Assembly: GCA_040954595.2 (NCBI GenBank)
Contig: CM082586.2
Coordinates: forward strand, 248,001 to 312,000
Direction of reading: 5' to 3'
DNA from: Balanoglossus misakiensis
Taxonomy: Eukaryota > Animalia > Hemichordata
DNA length: 64,000 nucleotides
Shown here: piece after piece, positions 1 through 13,261 of the stretch
How positions within the stretch are numbered: position 1 is the first letter of the stretch
How the letters are laid out: each line of letters begins with the position of its first letter
Notes under the pieces: model-generated
Database searches by the model: none
Seen by the model: only the letters and a program-made list of their open reading frames with translations
Told to the model about the DNA's origin: nothing
Made by a program: the position numbers and the translations under genes

Positions 1-928
1 TGGCTGTTTCAACAAAATGCAAGGATTTGCACTACTGGGAAATGTTGGTTTCTTGTTTTAGTGAAATGTACATTTTAGCTGAAACGCAAAGTTTACCAGT
101 ACTTTTATGTTGGAATAAAAGTCATCTACTAATGGCTGTAGATGATGGAAATAATAGAATTTCTTGTGTATCCATGTCTTAAACCGACTCAAAGTACCAA
201 ACATATGGAGCCCCTTCCATTCTACATGTCTCAGCCAAGAAAAAAAAATTCAGTTTACAAGATACGATTTAAAAAATTTTTATTTGTTACTTTTTATCAC
301 ACACAAAGAAAAATACACATACTCTGACAGTTATAATAGTAGCACATATTGCATTTGAAGTATTGGCTACATTGGTTTGGGATGAAGACGAGACAATACA
401 AAGAAAGATATTGGCAACATTTTTATTCTCGTGCAAACTTTCTTGTGTGTGAAAACTTACTAGTTTGCAAAACCTAAAATTCACTCTTGAATTGCATCAA
501 GTAACTTCATAATAAAGCTGCTCCATCTGACCCTCAGTCTTGGTCTCTTTCTCAACACAACTTGAAGCTGACATATATCGCAAAAGCTTCTCCAATTGAA
601 TTACAAGTGTATTTATACACAGTTCGCTCTTGTCTGATGAAAAATCATAAATTATTTCTTAAATGTGGAAAAACTGAAGTTTTTGCAAAAATATTTTTCT
701 ATTGAAATAATTTTTTGTGGTGTTTTTACATTAACACTTGATTTTTGTATTTTCTTGTGTGTCTCAGTATTTTGGACCTTAAACACTGATAGTGATACCC
801 AACTTCTTTTACAAAGCAAAGCGATATGTAGAGGATATAAAATAATACGTAGTTCTTAAAGGAAATGAAACATGAATGTAGAAAACATACATTGACTAAA
901 GTATGATGATAAAAGGAAAGTTTGAAGA

Positions 929-3900
929 CTACGTTGCCTTGCCAAGGTCAATCTTCTTCTTTATTGCTCTTGAGGAGTGGTAGATCATGGAGTCAATAAG
1001 ACCAGCAACTGCCATTTGAAAATGAATGATAAAATATATTATTACATGCACCTATTGCTCTAAACCTGTGGAATTTCATCGTACAATAATTCTCAATATC
1101 AAGAGTCCAATAACAATGCAAATGAGGACATGATGTCCATTAACATGTTACTGGATTCAAGCAAAACTTCTTCATATACTGGAATATGCTGCCACTTGTG
1201 TTCATAGCTATTCTTAAAATCTAAATACATGTACTTACCTGTAAAAACTCCACCAATAATTGCACATACACCAGTCAAGAAATGCATAAATGACCTACAG
1301 TTGGACAAAAATCATAAAACACTTTGAAATTTCGAAAAACAAACAGAAGAATTAACAAGCTCAACACACTGCTCTAGCCACTGGACTATGATGCCTTCTT
1401 AATGTAAACTGACAAATACAATCACTTACCTATGTTTTTCTGTATATTTAACCATAATTGGTGCAAATTCATACAGCATAAAGACTCCAGGAAGACCATG
1501 TTCACCTGGGGAAGAGGCCAAGGACGTACTGACAACTTTTTGATGTTTTGTACAAGAAAACTGGTTTGACCTTGTTGATTGACCATTAATTTTTGTGTAC
1601 GTTGTTGGAACTATTTTCACAAAGTACTGGTACATCATCGATCCTACAAATATAAATTTACAGACATGGAATATATTAGTCTGGAAAATACTAGATTTGC
1701 TTTACATTTCCAAAATTAACTTTTATTTTTTTATGGGAGCAAATAAATACTCTACATTGGTTCTGTCACACACATACTTGTCCAGGCCAGTCAACATTGA
1801 CTCAAGTATGGATGACAGCTGCAGGAATTTCACACGAGCTGTATTCCATTTCCCAGCTGTCTGATTTGGCTCTGACGTGTAACTTACACAGTCATGAGTC
1901 ATTACATAGGGTCTATGGTCATTACCATATATGCAAAGTCTTACAACATGTAACTATGCGTGAGATAGAACAAACAGCATCACAAAGAACAAGGAAATTA
2001 CTAATTATGCATTCAAGGACCACTGATTCAACGAGAACGTGTATTCGCGTGTAAAATGAGACGGTAAAAAGTAGGGCTTGGACGGGAATCGAACCCGTGA
2101 CCTCTCGCACCCGAAGCGAGAATCATACCACTAGACCACCAAGCCAACAGGTCACGTGTATGGTGTATATAGTCTATATGATAAAAGCATAGCTGTATTC
2201 GTATAACCCGGAAGCGTATGCTTAGAATTCTGGGAAAGGTCGTCAATAACATGGCTGAATAATGCTGCAAGGTTTTTGATCGTGTTATAATCCGTACGCC
2301 AAACCAGTCGATATCAACAATTACACAGGAATTTGTACCCAGAATAATATTTACATATTTTTTTCTAAACGGTGAGTAAGTTCTGAACGGAATACGCAAT
2401 GAATTTAAGTGGATAAACGTAGTTTCAAGGTCGACCTTCGCGTCGTCGTCTGTACGTCCCATGTGTTACGTACGTGCGCGAATGAACGTGACGGATGCGT
2501 ACATGCGTGCAGTTAGTTTTGACATATGAAACATGGCATAAACGATAGCGAATCCTATATATCGGTAGAAAGAAATGGAGATTTCATAACGCGAACAGTT
2601 ACCCAACATGCGCTCCTCCTCAGTTGAGATAAACACCCGCCCCTCCAACCCCCCCTCCCTACCCCCATGGTTGCTGATGCATACGTACGTAACTTATTGA
2701 TAATCATTGTATTTCAGACAAAAATGCCTGTACCGATACAGCACGGGAGTGGTCCAAGTTGTTATGATCGAATAAAAATGGGGTTTATGTTGGGATGTGC
2801 TGTTGGGTTTGGATCTGGTGCCATCTTTGGGGGTTTCAGTGCACTCAGGTATGTCTAACCATTGTACATGATAGTTACACTGTAGCTATTGCTTATGTTG
2901 GTTTTGAAATGCTTTAAGATTGGACAAACTTACTTTCTGTCAAACTGGAAAAGAAATCCCATGGAACATTTGCATTTATTTAGTGCATCATTATCACTTG
3001 ATACTTGATCAATGTTTTTATGTCTGCCACAGGTATGGACTGAGGGGAAGGGAGCTATTAACGACAGTCGGCAAAACGATGGTATCTGGCGGGGGAACAT
3101 TTGGTTTATTTATGGCGATTGGGAGTGGAATACGTTGCTAACACAGACCATCTTTTGAACTCAAAGACCAAAATTTGTGAAGTATGGAAGAAAATATGCA
3201 GTAGACAAACTGTTAAAGTTTTGTATAAAGTGATATGTCCTGATGGGGTGAACATTGAAGATACAGGTAGCTGCTGAAAATGGAAGAGTCTACATGCATT
3301 TTGTATCCTGGTCACAAGATGTGAAATTGTGTGTTATGAATACAGAATGTAGTCGGGCAAAGTCTACAAATCTAGTTTCTACATCAGTCCTTATAATTAA
3401 CCAGATACAGAACAGTTTCCATCATTTCTGGTTTTGTTCACTACATTTTTGTTGGTTTTCATCAATGTAATAAAAGATTTCTTTATATGAATTACGAAAT
3501 ACATATTCTAGGCTTGTCTGTCATATCATCACAAATTACACCATGTTACAAACACAACCTCCACTTGGCCTGCGTCACACAAACACTTCCTGTCACACAC
3601 ACACACACAACTTACAAACACAAGACCCACTGTACCATGACAAGTATTCTCACATCACCATTTCCCAGCACATCAACTCACCTTTTTCCGACATAATCTT
3701 TGTGTTATCCAGTGGATTTTCCATTCCGGGATATTTATTACCAAATGAAAGATGATTGATTTGGTGACTTAAATTGAACTGGAAAATTCAAGAAAACTAT
3801 GGTTAACACTGGAATCCAAAGTCATATGTTAGTTTTAAGTTGTCATGACTTGTGTTAGAACTTTATCATGTTGTAAGGGTCATGAAGGGTCACATAAAAC

Positions 3901-6395
3901 AGCTGACTGGACTTTACCTTTTCTCCTGAAAACGGTTGTAAATCATGCACATGGACGTGATGTTGTTGAAAACTTTTACCAGGAGCAAAATGGACATTAC
4001 CAGCAACCTAAACAACAAAACAGACAATGAGAGTAAGAATTTGGATGACCAGCCACACACTTGTATTTTCAGACCAGAGTAAAGAAAACAACATACTTTA
4101 TTAACTTCTAGATGACCATAAACTTGACAGCCTTCTCCCTGTTGTGATTTGAATTTATCCGACCAGCCCTCCCGTTTACACTGTACAATGCCCTCTGCAT
4201 TGTTGAAAGCCCATCCTTTCCGTCGATATGCTTCTCTCACATCCTCACATGTATTACAGCACCTGGAATTAGAAAATAATACTGTACTTCCTACTTGTTT
4301 GTGTGTCTGGTGAGAAATTTTGATCATAGCCTAAGCCACCCAGGAAGATATGGGTGGGAGTGGGATGGTATCAGAATATCCAAAGCTATAAAAATTGTAA
4401 TACTCACTTTAACTCCTTGGTCTCTGCTCCATAACAGCTTTCACATCGATTTGGATCCAATGTTTCTTTCCCCATTGCTAGCTGTAAGCACACAAGAATT
4501 ATAAGGTTGTAAAAAAATGGGGGTCTGCAGGTTGAAAGCAGGAGAGGGGAGAGTGTAGTGAAATATGGGATTTCAGACGTTGGTGGCGCTATCCTGCACA
4601 GGTGTTGCATCTGTTGTATTCATAATATGCCCCGCATACATTACCGTCTCTCCTCACATGTCAGTTGAATGTACACCGTCAATCGAGTAAGACATGACCG
4701 TGACTTATCTGCAGAAACCCTAAAGACCAGTGAAGAGGCAACTTGGTAAGCTAACTGGTTTTACAATAATAGTATAGTCTATTCCTGAAAAGTGTGAAAA
4801 GCACATTGTTGTAATTTCCTTACATCAACAAAGTCTCCTGCTTTGTCCCCCAGTTCTTCTTTTTCTGGTTTGGAAATCGGTCTGCCATTTTTGTCTATTC
4901 TTTTCTTGAAAATATTATGGTCTACATCAAGTTGTTGCTCACCAGCAACATCCATAGCATCTATACTGAGATCTGGGAAGAAGCATGGAAAGTGCATTTC
5001 TATCAGAGGTGTTCAGAATTTCTCGTAGCATTTACATGGGAAAGGCACATGGTGACTATTCTGATCTCAGTATTCTCTAGAGGGCGCACATTATATTTTT
5101 CTAAAAAATACATGTACAAATGTACTAGGTACATGGAAAAATTGCTAATTTTTCTTTGGTCATATTTTGGAATTGGGTCAGAATAGATCAAATTTTCAAA
5201 GCTCGAAGCATTTTTTGTACAACGTTGAACATAAAATGTACACTATACTCAAAGCAGACATACCAGCACATGTTGTTGCTATGGTAAAGATGAGTACAAT
5301 TGGTTGTTATGGTAATAGTGAGCATACTTCATAAAGATGGTGATGGATATGTTTAATACACAAAGCAATCTATCAATACTTACATCCACATGCTAAATTT
5401 GGAAATGTTAAATCAAGATTAATTCTCATTTTCTCACTGCGCGTTGAGTCTACATACAGTTCTGGTATTACCTGTGAACAGATGTGGAATATGCATTATT
5501 ATACGATTGTCTGAAGATGATGATATTCAGTTATATTATATTTTAAATTAGCCACACTTGTTTTTTTGTTCAGGACCATGTGAAAGCAAATTAATGAGAC
5601 TGTCACAGTGTAAGAATTGAAAGTTGGACCACTGGTAGGTCAAGTCAGGTGATGATAGAGGCATTTTGAGGAAAATCATGAACATAACATTATTGAGAAT
5701 GAGATGATGTAGTCCTTACCTCTTTGGTTAAATAGTAATTGAGTTCTGATACAAAAAGTATAAACATTAGAACACCACTGATTATTGTCACTGAAAAATA
5801 AAAAAATAAATTGATAAATTTGGAAATTAATATGTCATCATTTTCTATCTTTAAAGTAGTGACACTTTCCATTGTAATTTTCATGTTGTAATGAATAGAA
5901 TACAGTATGCTGTTATCCCATTCGTAGAATGATTCTATCTGGTTGTGGTGTGTAAGCACCTGGGCTTGATTGTGTTACTATAGAGATTCTGTCTCATGTT
6001 ATAATAGCCCACACGTTTGTAATCCGGCCTAAAGCATACAAACACTTTGTACTTCATGTAACTAAGTTGTAAGTGTATGTGTAATGCGGTAGACCAGCTG
6101 GGAACAGGACATGAGATCTCCACATAGTTGAGTGCGTTATTCAGCTTAATTTAGACGATGCAGCAATTATACTCAATGATTCCATACTACACGATCACTT
6201 GCAAGTAGTACGTATCCCAGATGTCCACGTTGCAACTAAGAACTATAAACTACACATCGATCATTGACATCCATGTCCATATACTTCCGGGAACTTACCG
6301 GCCGCCCCTCCGTAGGTCTTCACTCGGAAATCGTCCAGTGTTTTGGGGTAAGCGTCAAATTGACGCAACCGATTGAATAAATCTTTGTACGGCAT
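929..6395 (-). CDS. ERGIC3: ER-Golgi intermediate compartment protein 3, 11 coding exons, ~393 aa
   Basis: Exons 6395-6299, 5790-5720, 5471-5384, 4972-4824, 4481-4408, 4262-4097, 4007-3918, 3778-3682, 1643-1430, 1294-1239, 1008-929 join in frame at GT-AG sites. Motifs: [73 protein letters not shown]-terminal KIDLGKAT. Confidence 0.96.
2066..2070 (-). terminator. RNA polymerase III terminator (T5) for tRNA-Pro
   Basis: TTTTT on the minus strand, 3 nt after the discriminator base. Confidence 0.8.
2074..2145 (-). tRNA. tRNA-Pro (anticodon CGG), inside ERGIC3 intron 8
   Basis: GGCTTGGTGGTCTAGTGGTATGATTCTCGCTTCGGGTGCGAGAGGTCACGGGTTCGATTCCCGTCCAAGCCC: 72 nt, complete cloverleaf, A and B boxes, anticodon stem CTCGC/GCGAG. 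Confidence 0.97.
2724..3141 (+). CDS. ROMO1: Reactive oxygen species modulator 1 (Mgr2 family), 2 coding exons, 77 aa, nested antisense in ERGIC3 intron 8
   Basis: Exons 2724-2848 and 3033-3141 give [77 protein letters not shown], the ROMO1 signature. AATAAA near 3469. Confidence 0.96.
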
Positions 6396-7051
6396 TGTAT
6401 ATAGTGATGACAGAATGTCGATTTTTATGAAAATATGTAAGTTTCAGCCGATACCCACTCACAGTCAGCCACGATATCGACAACCACCATAATGCGCGTG
6501 CGTACATGTACATGGGAACGTCAACATCGTCGCCGAGGGCGCACTTTAAGAGAATACATTACACACAATAAATAAAACACATTTTTGTTTATATTTATGG
6601 ATCATTTGTTTATTATACACATTAGATAACGGTAGTTCATAACTACAATCTGTAGCCATTAACTGTTTTGTCATAATCATTTGAGAAAAGTTTGTGATGA
6701 TTGGCTGAACCATTGATATTGTCGTACAATCACTATTTCTCAATAGGCAAAGCTACGTTATTTGAAGTACATGTACATGTATTTTGAATCCTAATGAAGA
6801 AAGAGTTTGAGAAAAACATTTTAAGTGCGCTGGAAATCTAGTTTTAAAATGGCAAGATTCTGAGCATCCTCATAAATTGCATTGATATTGTGCATCCATG
6901 TACAATGGAAATTATTTTTGATATAGTCGAACATGATCTATCTCAATTTGTGAATCTCGTCTGCTTTTGTCTAGACTTTGTTCTCCAAATCTCAATTGCA
7001 CAGGTGCATCAGGATCACTTGTAGATTGTATCGGTTGCAGACGCTGTTCAG

Positions 7052-10000
7052 TTAAATTTTGCTGATTCTCAGTTGCATGGGTGGACTTGGTCGCATGGTG
7101 ATTCGTAACTGACGGGTAAATTTGAAGTCTGGAACCGGAGAGAATTTGAGATCCCGTAAAATCTGAGCCAGAACCACTCTCATATTCACCACAGCAAACT
7201 TATTACCTGAATCAAAGAAAGACAAGAAAAATAACCTCATTTGAGTGAATTATGGAAGTGTCCTATAGATTTGCCAAAAGTAGAGAATAGTCAATGTTGT
7301 GCCATGAACAAAGCAAGTGCATTTATTGGATAGGTACACAATTTCGTACTGAAAGACATTTTAGCAAGAAATCTGATGATCTGAAGATTTATTCATAACA
7401 TTGATAAAAGACTGATTACCAATACAATTTCTTCTGCCAAGACTGAATGGAAGAAAACTGTAGGCTTTGGGTGGGTTGTCTGGATCCATGAACCTGTCGG
7501 GGTTAAAGGTCAACGGATCAGGCCACACATCGGCACACCTGGTGAGGAACAAAATAAAGGAGAAGAATTTATGCACAAACTTGCACAAGCAAAACATAAA
7601 TGAATAATAACCATCCAGGTAAATGTTACTGGGGGTATCCCTTATGTCAGTATCAATGCTGTCAAACATCCAGGACACTTACCTATGCATAGCACCTATT
7701 TGAAGTAACAGAAAAGTACCACCTGGTATGTAGTACTGACCAACCATATCATCTTTCAATGCTTCCTTGGGAGCAATTGGAACTGGAGGAAACAATCTGA
7801 AAGTAATTTCAGAGCAAATTATTTACCTTTCCAGAACCATCATCTACGTCAAATCATGGTGAATTTGTGCAAGCCAGACTTCCTGAGCAATTCATCATAT
7901 CCTCACCTCAAGGATTCATTGACAACTGCTTTCAAGTAATGTAATTTCTCTAGATGTTCCCATGTGATAGTTTCATCAGGTGATGGTAACACAGAAAGAA
8001 TTTCTTCCCTGACTCTCTTTTGTATCTCTGGATGATGAGCTAAGCAGTGAAGGGTCCAGGTCAATCCAGTGCTTGTTGTCTGTGGGAGAAAAATCAAATT
8101 ATTTTTGTTTTGAGTCAAAACTAGAAATGCTACTGCTCACCATTTGAGTGGCAGAAGTCTATTCTATATGCGTATGTGGATACAATTTCTGTTTTCCCTG
8201 TCTTAGATATCCTGTTTCAATCTAGGCCTTTTATAGGCAAGGATATACCAGGATTAATTGAAATTTGTCAAGGCAGGTGTTCACCCAAAGCACATTCCAT
8301 CCCTCAACCCCTAAACTCAGAGAAGTACAGTAATTCATAATTGCAAACCTCTTGTCCTGCAAAGAGGAAAGTAATGACTTGGTCTTGGAGTTCTTGATCT
8401 GTCAACCCTTTGCCAGTCGCTTCATCTTTTGCCATCATTAGTAGATACAATAAATCATGGGGACATTCTGAAAAAATGGATCATGGTTTATCAACAAGTA
8501 CATTCAAACATGTCTCCCTCCCTGAATGATCATATTTTTTCCAATTCTTTGAATGAATACACACACAACTTCTCCTGTATTATTTTGTTTGATCTTGCCA
8601 ATGAAATGAATTCAGTCATCCCTTCCAATGGATCAGTGATCTTGTTCACCCTATTTTCTATATGAAATCACCCATCCCTTTTCCTTGCTCAAAGTCCCAA
8701 AGAAACCTCCTCCCACTGTTCTGTGAATGAACTCACCCACTCCTGCTTCAATATCTCTCCTCCGCTTTTCGATCACATTTAATACTGTCTGTTTGACAAG
8801 GTTGATGGCATCATTCAGAATTCTGTTTTCTTCTGTTGGTAGTTTTCTCAAGAAAGGAACCAGATTCTTCCAACTGTGCAGGAAAAGACACAGATAAATA
8901 TATTGGGGTTACAATTTGGACAGCAATTTAGTTCTGATGAAGTACAATTTACACAGTACCATTTACTATGTGAAGTATATTACTAGTACTTTCTATTTAG
9001 GAAAACAAAAGACTTTTTGGCAGTACCTGGAACCTGTGAGGGCACCAGACAATATAGCACCAAACGTCTTTGTCAGTTTCTGCTCTGGTTCCCAGATCGC
9101 ATTGAAATGATAGCCAAATGCACACTCACCAATTATATCCAAAGTCTGAAAATGATACAAAAAATATAAATGGAGAGATAAGAGAGAGAAGAATGTGTTC
9201 TTTGAGGTGCTCTGTATCGCATATATGAGAGAATATGTTGATACAAGTCGTACAAACACAAGACTTACACATCTGCCAAGGTCTTGTTGTAGTGGTAATT
9301 TGAGAAACCCATCATTAGGTCTTGTCTTATCTATCTGGTCATTCCAGTATCGTCGTAATTCCACTCCACACTTGTAAAATGATTTCAACATTCCTGGAAA
9401 AGAGCAACAGCATAATGATACACGGAGCAGATTTCAATTCATGGTTTTTGTTTTCCTGGTGTCTCTGTAGTGTTGAGGTTATGCTGCACAGGACAGACTC
9501 CCATATGTTGTAGTGAGTGTAAGATCTCTGAGGGGGTGAGTACCTTTAATGCTGGTATGGTTAAAGGCTGGGTTGATAAGTCTTCTATGAGCTGCATGCT
9601 CCATTCCACTGGATGACAGCAAACCATTCCCCATCAAGGGAGTAAATGTCCTGCAAGAAATTTACAGAATTATCACTTTGACTTCACTGGGATCTGACAT
9701 ACACTACAAGGCTCTCTGACTTCCAAATTTGAAAACAGCATTTGGGCTGCTATTAATCACTTACTTTCTGACGTTTCTAGATCTGTCATAATTCTTGCCA
9801 TTTGTCACCAAAATGTGCTTCATTTCTTCGGGTCCTGTGATAGACACTACCTGATTGCCAAGGAAGAAAAAATACCGTGCCACAGGACCAAATCTCTTGT
9901 TCAATCTGTAACAAAAAGTGGAGATACATAGATAAAGTACAGACATTAAAAGAAGATGGAAAAGTTGTCTGATACAAAAACACAGGTGCAGACAGAACTT

Positions 10001-10416
10001 CAAATAAATGATTATCTACCTGATGGCAAAGTCCATTGTTTCTGATTTCCTCAATTCCACAATATCACCCAGCAGTGGGTTGTATTTTGTTGATGGAATC
10101 TGAGAAAAAAAGTGGAAAGTTTCAAAATGAATAACAAGTTTTGCTTTGTCTAAGAAATAGTGTTGTCATAAGTTTGCAAAGTCCCAAAGCACTGTGTTAT
10201 GATAAATTATAGGTTAGAGGTAGTGGCCATAATACATACCTTTGAAAGGGGTGAAATGTTTGGCCATATCAACCATTTGTACAGCGTGTATATAATCAAA
10301 GCTGTTGCCAGAGTTGGTAGATACCAGTATATTATGTTACTCCATGTCAGTGACTTCATGAAGTTGACAGGAATCTCCAGGAAATTGGAAGCCATTTCTT
10401 CCACTGTTGTTGCCAT
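7052..10416 (-). CDS. Microsomal cytochrome P450 (clan 4 / CYP46-like, unresolved), multi-exon
   Basis: N-terminal membrane anchor; TLDIIGECAFG; I-helix TFLFAGQETT; K-helix ESLR; WPDPLTFNPDRF; heme motif PFSLGRRNCIG. Exons flanked by GT-AG. Confidence 0.93.
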
Positions 10417-10789
10417 AGTGATGGATCACTTTGAAGATAGATTAATGACGCTGAATGCAACTAAAATATAAAGTGTTCATCTTAAAAGCCTGAAGGATTG
10501 TAATATAACATCACAGTGTGATAAATATCAAGGATGTACTAGCAATTTTGAGAAATTAATTTGTATATCATTATGACAGACCACTGCCACTGTGCCAGAT
10601 CTTCCTAAAGATGTGATTTGGCAGGAAAATTGACTTACCTGTGAAATGGCCGTATACAGCTCACTACAGTGTTGTTCTAGCGAACTTTGATCTGACAAAG
10701 TTTGGTATATAGAACGGTGACCTTTGCTCGGGAATATTTGCTTGGTCACTCTGAAATGTATATTAAGTGTTCCTAATAAGAATCTCTTC

Positions 10790-10805
10790 AGGTCAAATAA
10801 GGTCA
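10790..10805 (+). promoter_or_regulatory. Perfect DR4 nuclear-receptor element upstream of P450 #1
   Basis: AGGTCA-AATA-AGGTCA, ~375 bp 5' of the P450 ATG and upstream of a candidate 5'UTR-exon donor near 10638. Confidence 0.5.
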
Positions 10806-13261
10806 ATCATTGATGGAATATAAGTCGACGTAGAATGCCTGCTATCATTTCGAGAATAAATTCAAATACCGCCAACAGGATTTTATATAAATAAGAACAG
10901 TCATTCTATTCCCAATATATTCCTAAAATGTCAGTGTAGCATCTTTACGTTTGTGCACGACCTTTCAACTTTAACTTGACCTAGAAACGAACAGCGCCTC
11001 GAACGACGCATATTGCTTAGTTCTTTTGTTTGTTCTTGGCAAATTTGCGATTCCGTTACTTTGTATTTTTGCATCTACAGATAAAAAGTTAAATTAAGTT
11101 GACAGTACTATCCTACATGTACCAAAAAAACTTATTTAAGCTGAACCCGCAGATATTGTATAAGATAAAAGCTGGATAATTCGATTCTCAAAACAGCGAG
11201 TACAGATCGTCAAGGACGCCATTTTGAAAATCGCACGACTTCTCAATATTAAAAATTTTCAACCCATAAGAAGCCCTACAAGTACAGGATTGCCATTCTC
11301 CTATTGCACAGACTGCTGACAACTGATGTAGTTTGTAAACAAATATTTATTTCTTATATTCACTGATAGGAGACAGGAATGTGTAATGATAGAAAAGGCA
11401 ACTTTTAATAAAGAACCTTTAAAACAATTAGAGTAAACACAGGTAACTAAACTCAAAGTACAACACTCAAAGTACAGTGCATGAAAGAATTTCGCTACAA
11501 ATACCTGCTATTGGCACCTGCAAAACAGTAAATTATTACATGTAAATTTATTCATAACCAACAAGCAGCTCATTAGAATATTTCAAGAGAGCACCGCAAA
11601 AACTGAGTCTCTCTGAGAGGATGTGAGACAGCAACATAAGCAAACTAAAAGCAAAACAGCAATCACTGCTAGTCAAATGGTTTGATTTTTGAGAAGTTTC
11701 AGCACTGGTAATTTACTTCCTAGCAAATTGCAGACTTTGAAAACTTAAAGAAAGGGCCTCACTTCTCCTTGAAATAGATCCGCATAGTGTAAAAATACAA
11801 AATTTAATAAATACCAATATTTATGCAATTTCAACAACAACAAAACATTGAAGTTATATACAAATCATTTACAATGGAACATGCACTGCAACTAAACTGA
11901 ACTCTGGCGTACTCTATCCTACAATGTTCTTATAATATGAATACATCAGTATTCAACATTGATCTGGAAATTCCAATACAAATCCTGTAGTATTCTAAAG
12001 GAATTCTACATGACTTCCTTTGTATTCTTAGATGGAATCCCTGAATGCAGTTGATGTTTCCTTCTGTCATCTTAGTCGAAAACATTGTCAGGTTTTCAGG
12101 CAGTACCATAATAGTGTTAATTTATGTATTCATGCCATAAACATGGGCATTGTTACCTCAGTGAATAGACAAGACTGTCTTCACTCTGTGTTGTATAAAA
12201 CTGAAGAACCTAACAACATGTACTCACTTTAAATTAAAAGATTGAATGAGTGTGGAAGGCTTTGTGGGAAGTGGATGACACTGGACATCCTCCAGGAATT
12301 CACAGCATAATGAGAGTGTAACTTGAGGAATAATCCAGAAAAGTTCAATAATGCTGTACAAAATGCATTCATGACTAATACAAAACCATGCATTATCTAC
12401 ATTTTGGTAAAGTCAGCTGCACACATACATCAACTTTTCCACCCCATCTTTCCAGAATAGTAACATGATCTTAGTGACGGACTGATCTATTATACAGCAA
12501 ATAGGGGTGTAAGTTAGTGAATTAAAAGGCATAGAGGCAATAACACAAATAGAAATTCATTTGAAAATATATAATAATAGTAATACAGTCAACTTTGTGG
12601 CGTTTTTACTTCTTCTCTCATAAAATAAAATCTGTAATAATCCCTGTCAATAATTCATTCCTGGCAGAATCCACAAATGCAACATCAAATAGGCAAGAAT
12701 GCCTTCTGTTTCAATCTACACCATTCAAAATTAACTCAGGAACTATCTCACATGTACTTTGCATTTCAAATTGTACTTTCATAATTTAGGCAGCATCAAA
12801 TTTGTTTATTAAATAAACATTTCTTGTTAGATCTGGTACTAATCAGATCAAATACTTTTATAGGCTGTATAGAATTCCAATAAAGATCTAAAATGTAGTA
12901 CTTCTACTGAAATTGTAAACCTAACATCATGATGTATTTTCTGGCAAGGATTGAGATATTCTAGATTCTAAGTTATCAAGTACTACACTGTAACACTTCC
13001 TAGTACTATTATTAATACATTGACCGAATGTACCAATCTAGATATTTACAGAACATAAATTTTGATACAAACTTTGAAGAACCCATTATCATTTTACAAA
13101 TTTTTTCCATCTTGATTCAAGATATTACTGACATGGCACTATTTCCCCACAATGTTTGATCTGACATCAATTATCAATGATCAGTACTTGGCTACACTCA
13201 GTTGTGTCGACATCTCTTTTGGAGTTTTATCTGTTAGCGACTTTCCACCCCTTTGAAGGAT

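Noticed and set aside
1777-1861. Possible extra or poison exon in ERGIC3 intron 8
   Set aside because: Weak polypyrimidine tract, in-frame stop, no similarity to ERGIC3; the gene is complete without it.
2028-2462. 144-aa ORF on the minus strand
   Set aside because: It runs through the tRNA gene and the ROMO1 promoter and has no recognisable protein features.
4712-4722. AACCCTAA as a telomerase RNA template
   Set aside because: Short match that runs straight into antisense ERGIC3 exon sequence, with no supporting pseudoknot or H/ACA domain.
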